From the IMG/VR virus record IMGVR_UViG_3300006802_000415, positions 1 to 28,135 of that record: a DNA stretch of 28,135 bases. The stretch is one strand, 5' to 3'. Shown piece after piece: positions 1 to 6,314 of the stretch; positions within the stretch are counted from its first letter, which is position 1; every line of letters starts with the position of its first letter. The notes beneath the pieces are model-generated. The model searched no databases. It worked only from the letters and a program-made list of their open reading frames with translations, and was not told the DNA's origin. This DNA comes from a virus. Taxonomy: Duplodnaviria > Caudoviricetes. The position numbers and the translations under genes are program-made.

Positions 1-36
1 TGCGCCACGTTAAAGGCCGGTGCCGCCTTATACAGA

Positions 37-48
37 ATGGTAGCACAC
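37..48 (-). promoter_or_regulatory. extended -10 promoter GTGTGCTACCAT
   Basis: TGn-TAnnnT motif. An identical 12-mer is at 9001-9012 (+) and GTGTGCTATAGT is at 6292-6303 (-). Confidence 0.5.
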
Positions 49-79
49 AGCCACCACCCTGTACATGGTTTAACACAGG

Positions 80-253
80 TTATTTCTTCGGGTAGACGGA
101 GACTTGATTGTGATGGAAGATGTGGTGCTCCCTCATCGCAATCAGTTTTGCATCGTTTTCGTTGTTTGCTTCAACTGAGCACAAGAAACCCCACGGCCCC
201 TTATGGTTACTGAAGATGTCGAACTCTTTAACCGCAGATTCCTGCTTACGCAT
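80..253 (-). CDS. hypothetical protein, 57 aa (MRKQESAVKEFDIFSNHKGPWGF...)
   Basis: Translated by hand, ATG to TAA. Same strand as the early operon; below the ORF-track length cutoff. Confidence 0.6.
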   Translation of the reverse strand: MRKQESAVKEFDIFSNHKGPWGFLCSVEANNENDAKLIAMREHHIFHHNQVSVYPKK

Positions 254-393
254 GGTTGAGAGGAAAGCGAAGCTAATTTATCACAGCGTCGCTCAGTCTT
301 CTTTCCATTATTTAACTTAGTGTTATAGCGTATCGAACCACTGACTAGTAAAAACTTTCTGTAAACTAGCTTCTACTTAACGAGATTTTCCTC

Positions 394-792
394 TTAGTGC
401 TTTTGTATGAACATAGAGCAATCGTGTGCTTCTAATGTGAACGCCTCCGGGTATTCGAATGAACACTTTCCTTCAGGCGCGTAACTGCAATCCTTACAAG
501 GTATAGACTTAACTTTCGGAACTTTAACTTCTTGAGATTGTTCACCTCTTGTATCCAAGAGACTTTGGAGTTGATCAAGTAACCGGCTCAACGCTTTAGA
601 GTCAGCTTGAAACTGCAGGTAACGCTCCTTTGAGACTTCGTAAAATGTTGCACGATACTCACACTGTTTGCAGTATCTTCTACGTCTTGTATACTCTCTG
701 TTTGAGCGAGTCTCAAGAACATAAAAGGCGTGTGACGCGCATTTGGGACATTTAGTTATGTCTTCTGGAGGTTGTGTAGGCGAGAAAGGCAT
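394..792 (-). CDS. NrdR-like zinc-ribbon protein with second Cys cluster
   Basis: CPKC...VLETR...TRRRRYCKQC..RATFYE matches the NrdR N-terminal Zn ribbon. No ATP-cone; C-terminal CKDC..C..C. Confidence 0.7.
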   Translation of the reverse strand: MPFSPTQPPEDITKCPKCASHAFYVLETRSNREYTRRRRYCKQCEYRATFYEVSKERYLQFQADSKALSRLLDQLQSLLDTRGEQSQEVKVPKVKSIPCKDCSYAPEGKCSFEYPEAFTLEAHDCSMFIQKH

Positions 793-813
793 CGTAGTAA
801 ATAATGCGGCGGC

Positions 814-826
814 CCGGCGAAGCCGG
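814..826 (+). repeat. GC-GAA-GC triloop hairpin, copy 1 (CCGGC GAA GCCGG)
   Basis: Intergenic. Covarying copies at 1645-1655, 3112-3124 and 6315-6325. Confidence 0.65.
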
Positions 827-1095
827 AGTGAATTTAGTTCGCGGGAGAGCAGCGTGGCGCCCAGTCAACTCCCACAGGGTTAAAGGAGATGTTTGTAAGG
901 GTTGGGCAGATGTTTAAGGATGTTGCCAGTGTGTCTGGGTTTCATGATGTGTCGTGAACGATACGAGACAGGCTGATGATGTACGGCCAGACTGACAGGG
1001 TAAGCATTTCTACTTACCTATGTACGATATACCGTTTGATCTTGGCACGTGGCTGATGATGTGTTTCGCCGCAGGGTTTATCTATGAGTACTTGG

Positions 1096-1356
1096 TTAGT
1101 GGGTTGGATTAGTTACGGAAGTTGAGTTAAGGTACGCTTGCACTTCGTCTTTCGTTAAGACCGTGCGTCCAAGATCCCACAGGTATTTGGGCTTGCTTTC
1201 GCAGATGTCTTTGTAAAACCGATCGACCAGCTTGTTGTCTGTTTCTGTTTCTAGTTGTTGGGCGATCATGTTGTACACAAAGGATTCAAGCTCGCTGTAA
1301 TCCATTGAGCTTACGGTGATGTCAGCGTACAAGTCGATTAGTTCTGCGCGTTTCAT
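1096..1356 (-). CDS. hypothetical early protein
   Basis: ORF track; 4-nt overlap with upstream gene. Confidence 0.7.
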   Translation of the reverse strand: MKRAELIDLYADITVSSMDYSELESFVYNMIAQQLETETDNKLVDRFYKDICESKPKYLWDLGRTVLTKDEVQAYLNSTSVTNPTH

Positions 1357-1601
1357 TTGCTAATTGTCAGGATGTCGTTGAGCCAGTGGATCGGCTGCAG
1401 TGCGATTGTCCAGTCTTTAATATGATCCCACAGTAAACCTATTGGACCACTACCGTCAGTTGGTTGCATCACGATGTTGATCGTGTGGGACTCAACGTCA
1501 ACCTCAAATCCGAGAACGTAGAACTCAGCGCCGTTTGTGTTAGTTACGATGGCGCCTTTGAGATTGGCAATGTCGATGTGCCTAGAGCTTACAAGTTTCA
1601 T
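1353..1601 (-). CDS. hypothetical early protein
   Basis: ORF track; ATG start, operon context. Confidence 0.7.
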   Translation of the reverse strand: MKLVSSRHIDIANLKGAIVTNTNGAEFYVLGFEVDVESHTINIVMQPTDGSGPIGLLWDHIKDWTIALQPIHWLNDILTISK

Positions 1602-1644
1602 GGTGTTAGTAAATGCACTTGATTGTACATTATGAGGGCGGCCC

Positions 1645-1655
1645 CAGCGAAGCTG
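1645..1655 (+). repeat. GC-GAA-GC triloop hairpin, copy 2 (CAGC GAA GCTG)
   Basis: Intergenic; minus-strand TACAAT at 1622-1627 lies 21 nt from the loop. Confidence 0.6.
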
Positions 1656-1676
1656 TGAGGGTTTGATGATAGTGCT

Positions 1677-2024
1677 TTAGCCTCGCACGAAACAGTAGGA
1701 GGAATTAGGCTCGATCAACCATTCCGTTTCGGTACTAGAGTAGCCGTACCACTTGTGATTCCTCTGGTACACACCACCACCACACAGTTCGCGCAAGATG
1801 GTGTTGATACGTGACTTCGTTGTTGCGGTCTGATAACCACAGTCGCACACTGTTACTGTATTGGGGCTGACTTGTGCAATCGGGCTGCCGTGCAGGTAAA
1901 CAGTTGCACGATCAATCATTCGATCAGCGTGGGCGAAGTACGTTACAACAACCTCAGTGTTGTCGCACTTCCAGTCTTGCTTATTGGCAATAGCCTGCAG
2001 CATTTGTGCTTCGATCTTACGCAT
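1677..2024 (-). CDS. conserved cyanophage hypothetical protein (MRKIEAQM...TTKSRIN)
   Basis: MRKIE..M N-terminus and G(Y/W)QT.TTKSR.N motif recur in cyanophage hypotheticals. Confidence 0.8.
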   Translation of the reverse strand: MRKIEAQMLQAIANKQDWKCDNTEVVVTYFAHADRMIDRATVYLHGSPIAQVSPNTVTVCDCGYQTATTKSRINTILRELCGGGVYQRNHKWYGYSSTETEWLIEPNSSYCFVRG

Positions 2025-2063
2025 GACGTTGATGTGATGTTGATGTGTTTGGTTAGTTAAAAG

Positions 2064-2240
2064 TTAGTAGTCGCTGGACACAATGTGTTCGAGTGCTGGG
2101 ATGATTCGATCCTCGATTGTGTCCACAATGTCGAGAGGCATCTTCTCTTTAAGGAGAATCTGTCTGAATTGTGCGAGAGCGTGGTAGGACAGAGAGTGTG
2201 AGTCCAGGTTGTACACGTCGTAAGGGAAGTGATTGGGCAT
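2064..2240 (-). CDS. hypothetical protein, 58 aa (MPNHFPYDVYNLDSHSLSYHAL...)
   Basis: Translated by hand; fills the gap between neighbouring minus-strand genes. Confidence 0.65.
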   Translation of the reverse strand: MPNHFPYDVYNLDSHSLSYHALAQFRQILLKEKMPLDIVDTIEDRIIPALEHIVSSDY

Positions 2241-2245
2241 GATGT

Positions 2246-2428
2246 TTAGAAAGGATTAGACCAAGTGTAAACTTGGCGATCAGACACTAGCCGTTGTTGA
2301 TTTAACAACTTCACGAAGTCACTAAATGCTTCACGCTTTGCAGCAGTGTCTCTGCGCAATGTAGGATCGTAGCTAACTGAATCAGCCCAAAGGCACCGAA
2401 ACTCAGTTAGGGCTTGTTGCTTAGTCAT
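2246..2428 (-). CDS. hypothetical early protein (MTKQQALTEF...WSNPF)
   Basis: Track ORF 2246..2512; start moved to ATG 2428, giving an 8-nt overlap with the upstream stop. Confidence 0.7.
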   Translation of the reverse strand: MTKQQALTEFRCLWADSVSYDPTLRRDTAAKREAFSDFVKLLNQQRLVSDRQVYTWSNPF

Positions 2429-2621
2429 TTGATTCATGCTCTGTAATTTGGGAACGAAGATCCGCGATTGCGTCCTGCAATTCGTAATAACGAGCGCCGT
2501 GTGGCATTTCATCTAGTGTGCATTCCATCTGCCACAGAGCATCTTTAGCGTCTTCAACAGATAGGAATGTGTCTACGGCGTAAGTTACACCATATTCGTC
2601 AAGTGTAGTTAGTGTGATCAT
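2421..2621 (-). CDS. hypothetical early protein (MITLTTLDEYG...)
   Basis: Track ORF 2421..2654; start moved to ATG 2621, just after the upstream stop. Confidence 0.7.
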   Translation of the reverse strand: MITLTTLDEYGVTYAVDTFLSVEDAKDALWQMECTLDEMPHGARYYELQDAIADLRSQITEHESND

Positions 2622-2625
2622 TGTG

Positions 2626-3084
2626 TTAGCAACTTGAACGGTAGTAGAAGTCAACGCAGGGGAGTGTGTTAATTATCTCGATAAACTTGTCGCGTGTCTC
2701 AACAAGGACTAAACGATCGTAGTCTGTGTGTTTACGGTCGTAGTGTTTAAGTAGATCACTCCAATCAGGGTTAGGAAACATACAATCAATAGGATCCTCG
2801 CCGTCGATCACCCGCGTGGCGTCAACAATGAAATCCTCTAGAACTTTCGTGTCTACATAACATTCAGAAGCATCACAGTCAGCTTGCGCGTGTTCGATTA
2901 TGTAATCGTGCAGCCACTGTGTGTTGCGCCAGTGCATCAATGTGATGCGCACAGATACTTGTTTAGATCTAACTAAGCCAGAGGGAAGATCACAGATTCG
3001 GGCGATCTCAGCAGCTTTGCCATTGTTGTTATCCCATGTGTCGGAGAAGTAATAGTCAGCTTGAAGGTACTGATCGAGTCCCAT
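2626..3084 (-). CDS. conserved phage hypothetical protein (MGLDQYL family)
   Basis: MGLDxYL start, WRxxxWLH and terminal FYYxSS motifs common in phage hypotheticals. Confidence 0.8.
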   Translation of the reverse strand: MGLDQYLQADYYFSDTWDNNNGKAAEIARICDLPSGLVRSKQVSVRITLMHWRNTQWLHDYIIEHAQADCDASECYVDTKVLEDFIVDATRVIDGEDPIDCMFPNPDWSDLLKHYDRKHTDYDRLVLVETRDKFIEIINTLPCVDFYYRSSC

Positions 3085-3111
3085 GATGTTGATGTAATTG
3101 TGTGAGGGCGC

Positions 3112-3124
3112 CTCGCGGAGCGAG
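3112..3124 (+). repeat. GC-GGA-GC triloop hairpin, copy 3 (CTCGC GGA GCGAG)
   Basis: Immediately after the stop of 3126..3341; same GAGGGCG flank as copy 2. Confidence 0.6.
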
Positions 3125-3125
3125 T

Positions 3126-3341
3126 CTAGTTAAAGGTTATGGCTCCTTCATCCTCCGGACGTTCGATAACCTTACGGCCTGTGTCTTCTACCTGAGAAGT
3201 TACAACTGTACGTCCGCACAGTGCGTTGTATGCTGCCGGACACTCCCGCATCATTATGCGTCGCATCTCTGATGTCATGTAGTTACTAACTACGTGCAAG
3301 ATCTGATCTTTGTGGAAGTTGGACATGCTGTTGTAAGACAT
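3126..3341 (-). CDS. hypothetical early protein
   Basis: ORF track; tight packing. Confidence 0.7.
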   Translation of the reverse strand: MSYNSMSNFHKDQILHVVSNYMTSEMRRIMMRECPAAYNALCGRTVVTSQVEDTGRKVIERPEDEGAITFN

Positions 3342-3343
3342 GA

Positions 3344-3538
3344 TCAGAAGGTAACAGTTTGAGTGAATGAGCTGAATGTAAGTCCGCGCAGTTCTTCTAG
3401 TTTGGCTAGATGTTCGCGTGCCCAGTCACCACCAGGGTGATCTGGGGTTTCGCTGACTAACTGCAGCAGATCCTGTTCATACGCACGTATCATGCGACGC
3501 ATGAATTCACGGTCAAGTTGTGTGTTGTCGATGTACAT
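3344..3538 (-). CDS. hypothetical early protein
   Basis: ORF track; repeat box 13 nt upstream of ATG. Confidence 0.7.
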   Translation of the reverse strand: MYIDNTQLDREFMRRMIRAYEQDLLQLVSETPDHPGGDWAREHLAKLEELRGLTFSSFTQTVTF

Positions 3539-3601
3539 AATTAGGGCGCGATTGGGTTAGTTACGGAGGCAGATGCAGGGGAATTGATGACAGTGAATTG
3601 A

Positions 3602-3874
3602 TCAAACGTGCTCGCGGAGATGTGCATAACCTGGCACATCGTGAGCCCAATCGGGTGAAGGAAGTGTACGCAATAGTTTGCGATACAGTGCCACGCTGCA
3701 ATCAATACGCTCTGCATTGTATGCAGCATCGCGCCAGATACCAGGCATAGCGTGGTGACCTAGGTAGCCTTCATCCCACGCAGCGATCTGCTCACCGTCT
3801 ACAGATAGAACATACAAACGTTGTGGGTTGCCGTTGACATCGTTGCGAGCACAGAGATGTTGAATGGTTGCCAT
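3602..3874 (-). CDS. hypothetical early protein (NDVNGNPQRLY)
   Basis: ORF track; DxNGNPxR motif seen in phage early hypotheticals; repeat box upstream. Confidence 0.75.
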   Translation of the reverse strand: MATIQHLCARNDVNGNPQRLYVLSVDGEQIAAWDEGYLGHHAMPGIWRDAAYNAERIDCSVALYRKLLRTLPSPDWAHDVPGYAHLREHV

Positions 3875-3907
3875 GATGTTAATGTGATTGTGTTGGGTTA
3901 GTTACAG

Positions 3908-4072
3908 TCAGACAGTCCAGTTAGGACGTGCAACACGAGAGACGTAGAAGTAAGCTCTACCGTGCTCGCCGAATTGGTACTCTTTACACATACGTTCTGC
4001 TTCAGAACGTGACACAAACTCATCGACCGTTTCGTGATAACGGCCAGCTTGGCGGTTGATGTAGTAGGTCAT
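3908..4072 (-). CDS. hypothetical early protein (MTYYINRQAG..ETVDEF)
   Basis: Track ORF 3908..4174; start moved to ATG 4072, after the upstream stop at 4075. Confidence 0.7.
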   Translation of the reverse strand: MTYYINRQAGRYHETVDEFVSRSEAERMCKEYQFGEHGRAYFYVSRVARPNWTV

Positions 4073-4074
4073 AA

Positions 4075-4290
4075 TCAGGCAGAGTAAGCGCAAAAGTTGG
4101 TGGCAGTGAACAGATAAGGCGCGGGTTCGGTGACGTGATAATGAATCCAACCTTTGTAGTTGGCGTTGATCCACTTATCAGCAGCGTGGAAACTATCGGC
4201 GTTGATGCAGATAAGTTCCTGCTTATCTTGAGTACAACCACGGCGAGTTGTTGTACGTTCAGCGACAAAGTAGTAAGACTCTTTGGTCAT
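4075..4290 (-). CDS. hypothetical early protein
   Basis: ORF track; repeat box 12 nt upstream of ATG. Confidence 0.7.
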   Translation of the reverse strand: MTKESYYFVAERTTTRRGCTQDKQELICINADSFHAADKWINANYKGWIHYHVTEPAPYLFTATNFCAYSA

Positions 4291-4321
4291 GATCAGATTG
4301 TGTTGGGTTAGTTACAGTTGA

Positions 4322-4579
4322 TCAGTGAATGAATGTGTAGTCCAGGCAGTCACAAGCAAGCACACCATAAGGTTGTGCGTCATGATACTTACGGAACTCG
4401 GGTTCGCTGTCGTTATCAGTTAGGCACACAGTACAGAACAGAGACTCACCGAATTCACCGTCGATAAAGTTACTAATCTCTTGTTCTTCTTCGTCACTTG
4501 TGCCGGTGTAATCGTGGTTGATCAGAATGCTGGCCCAGTGTGCGGGCAGAGTGTACACAGTAGTTTGCAGTTCAGTCAT
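4322..4579 (-). CDS. acidic hypothetical early protein (LPAHWASILINHDYTG)
   Basis: ORF track; LPxxWAxxLINxDxxG recurs in phage early genes; repeat box upstream. Confidence 0.75.
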   Translation of the reverse strand: MTELQTTVYTLPAHWASILINHDYTGTSDEEEQEISNFIDGEFGESLFCTVCLTDNDSEPEFRKYHDAQPYGVLACDCLDYTFIH

Positions 4580-4610
4580 GGTTTGATTGCGTTGGATTAG
4601 TTACAGTTAA

Positions 4611-4919
4611 TCAGCAGAAGTAACGACCTACGATCACACGGTCGCAGTCGTTGTCGGCGAGCTTGATAAGTGTGCCGCTGAAATATGAATCGCCGAGGCA
4701 TCCATCCCATTCAGTAAGAGCACCGGACGCTACATTCTCTGTAGTTAGAAACTCTTGCAGATGATAAATGCAACCACGATATTTAAAGAAACCATAGTTA
4801 CACTCAAGATCATTAGGATCCATCCAATCGTATTGCTTGCGGATCTTGTCTTGATCTGATGGGCTAAAGTCGCACAAGTGCATCAGATCGCGAGGAACAT
4901 TGTTCGTGCGGATGTTCAT
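4611..4919 (-). CDS. hypothetical protein, first gene of the early operon (MNIRTNNVPR..WDG..GDSYFSG)
   Basis: Track ORF 4611..4934; ATG 4919 preferred over the TTG start. Confidence 0.75.
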   Translation of the reverse strand: MNIRTNNVPRDLMHLCDFSPSDQDKIRKQYDWMDPNDLECNYGFFKYRGCIYHLQEFLTTENVASGALTEWDGCLGDSYFSGTLIKLADNDCDRVIVGRYFC

Positions 4920-5545
4920 AACATTCACCAGCAATAGAGCTGGCAGCTAACAACAAAGAGGGAGTGAATCCCTCACCAAACTGATAAGCTTGGGGAGAGA
5001 GTCTACAGTCTGTGATCAAGAATGATCTAACTTGATCCTGATACATACCAAGCGACAATACGCTAGGCGTTAGCTGGACTTCCCCAACTAAAAGTCGGGC
5101 CAGCTAACTGAAACTAAACTGCTGCATGTAGTTAGTTACAGCACACAATTGTGCACACAAACTATATAATCCTGCGCTGCCATCGTGCACAGACGGTGCA
5201 GTGGAGCTTAGGTAGTCTGTCCAGCGTACCTGCACTAAGGACAGATACTCTGGACACAGCTTGTGTACTGTAACTAACTACATACGGACAGCATGTAGGT
5301 TGTATTCAGTCGCCACGTGGCGAGCGTGGCTAATGTTTAACGCCGATACATTTCCTTAGTTACAGACAAGATACCTGCTGACATACGGCACCGTGCACAC
5401 TTAGCGAGTCGGGTTGCAACTCTATTGTGCTCGGGGGATCGCTCGCACCCCTAGTTCCGTCTCTTGACGGTGCCACATTATGTAAAACAGTTAGCCATAC
5501 CTTAGGCTTTCCGTGCAAACTATCTCAGCACGACTAACTATTTAG

Positions 5546-5558
5546 ATTGTCAAGGTTC
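5546..5558 (-). promoter_or_regulatory. boxA-like antitermination motif GAACCTTGACAAT
   Basis: Close to cyanobacterial rrn boxA GAACCTTGAAAA. The embedded TTGACA has no -10 at 16-18 nt. Confidence 0.6.
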
Positions 5559-5694
5559 TCTCACCTAGTTACCTTTAAGGATCCGCTGCTTCACGTTCCG
5601 GCACACCACGTCTGCCATCGCCTACACTTCGGGGATGTTCTCCCTACCATCGGCGGCAGTTGCGGGGCTGGTTCGGCCCGGCGGTTCCTCTTCG

Positions 5695-5707
5695 GTTGTC
5701 CAGGTGC
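5695..5707 (-). promoter_or_regulatory. boxA-like motif GCACCTGGACAAC
   Basis: Second copy, about 35 nt after the predicted TSS, preceded by a small GAGA-loop hairpin. Confidence 0.55.
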
Positions 5708-5747
5708 CCTGGCGGCGTGGCTCTCACCCCGTTCCTCCAGTGACCAC

Positions 5748-5777
5748 AAGGTATGCCGGATCAGTGCAGGGAGTCAA
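5748..5777 (-). promoter_or_regulatory. sigma70-type early promoter TTGACT-N18-TACCTT
   Basis: -35 at 5772-5777, -10 at 5748-5753, predicted +1 A at about 5741; points into the leader and early operon. Confidence 0.6.
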
Positions 5778-5869
5778 CAGTCTTGTGCCGGATAGTTGAT
5801 TGGCACACTCTCCGGGGCTTGCTGGTAGGTAACAAGAACCGGGCGCACGCGTCCGCACGCGCGAATGTA

Positions 5870-5950
5870 ACGCGCACACCCACGCGCGTATATACGCGCA
5901 CACGCGTACACGCAGGCGCACACGCGCACATGTACACGCGCACGCACGCG
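5870..5950. repeat. alternating purine-pyrimidine tract (Z-DNA prone)
   Basis: 81 bp in one RY phase with only two exceptions (5880, 5915); includes the palindrome GCGCGTATATACGCGC at 5884-5899. Confidence 0.85.
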
Positions 5951-6122
5951 GGGGCCTAAATATAAATGTAAATGGTTTACATGTATGCGCAATCCTGCCC
6001 GCAATTCGCCTTTTTTTTAAATAGAGCCTTTCGACGACGCCCCGGGCGAGAAGGGTATGGGTATCTTGCTGGGAAATTGAGGTAAAACTTTTGAGTGTCA
6101 GTATACAATCAGCCGCTTGTCG

Positions 6123-6149
6123 AAAAAAAAATCGCCCGCGTGGGGCGAC
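6123..6149 (-). terminator. intrinsic terminator
   Basis: Minus strand GTCGCCC-CACGC-GGGCGAT followed by a T run, just after the stop at 6162. Confidence 0.8.
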
Positions 6150-6161
6150 TCGTCAAACTTT

Positions 6162-6266
6162 TCAGGTCCAGCGGACGCGCTTGCTCCAGCTAGAAGAGGT
6201 TTTTCTTCCCGTGCGGCTACCGACTGAACGACCAGAGACGCCGAGACGGACTTTGTAGGTGCGCAT
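6162..6266 (-). CDS. 34-aa basic peptide MRTYKVRLGVSGRSVGSRTGRKTSSSWSKRVRWT
   Basis: Translated by hand; flanked by an extended -10 promoter, an A/C-rich leader and a terminator. Confidence 0.55.
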   Translation of the reverse strand: MRTYKVRLGVSGRSVGSRTGRKTSSSWSKRVRWT

Positions 6267-6291
6267 GTGCTTGTGATGTGACTACGTGCTT

Positions 6292-6303
6292 ACTATAGCA
6301 CAC
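6292..6303 (-). promoter_or_regulatory. extended -10 promoter GTGTGCTATAGT
   Basis: TGn-TATAGT; same family as 37-48 and 9001-9012. Confidence 0.55.
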
Positions 6304-6314
6304 CATGAAGGCGC

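Larger units (their letters stand above)
1104..4606 (-). repeat. dispersed box C(T/C)GTAACTAA(C/T)CCAA
   Basis: Copies at 1104-1118, 3552-3566, 3893-3907, 4303-4317 and 4592-4606; variant near 2049-2060; core also at 5131-5141 and 5356-5365. Confidence 0.85.
4920..5741 (-). ncRNA. large structured leader or ncRNA (~820 nt), family not recognised
   Basis: At least 9 helices, including 23 bp (5126-5148/5261-5283) and 15 bp (5218-5256). Several plus-strand C/A mismatches become G-U pairs on the minus strand. No credible ORF. Confidence 0.7.

Noticed and set aside
120-320. Plus-strand track ORFs in the early region (120..320, 1872..2060) and alternative-frame ORFs 3541..3729 and 4020..4268
   Set aside because: Shadows of better minus-strand genes that tile the operon.
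971-1062. CTGATGA twice, resembling a hammerhead ribozyme core
   Set aside because: No downstream GAAA or stem II/III arrangement; also antisense to the operon.
3552-4606. Repeat box as CRISPR array or integron attC sites
   Set aside because: Repeats are only about 15 nt, separated by whole genes of variable length, non-palindromic and do not fit RYYYAAC/GTTRRRY; no cas or integrase gene in the window.
4864-5058. 64-aa TTG ORF in the leader
   Set aside because: Overlaps the first real gene and runs through several hairpins; weak start.
5139-5151. CAGCACACAATTG matches part of the N15 telRL site as I recall it, and the palindrome at 5884-5899 is telO-like
   Set aside because: The pieces are 700 bp apart, there is no long telRL-type palindrome and no protelomerase gene here; likely chance.
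5158-5220. GACUA...AUAUAGUU resembling group I intron P7
   Set aside because: Could not build P3-P6 or identify exons and splice sites; treated as a helix of the leader RNA.
5547-6004. Five overlapping track ORFs (5547..5795, 5724..5921, 5753..5959, 5761..5943, 5774..6004)
   Set aside because: Artefacts of GC-rich and RY-alternating sequence, which cannot form stop codons; products are low-complexity R/V/C/A/H/T.
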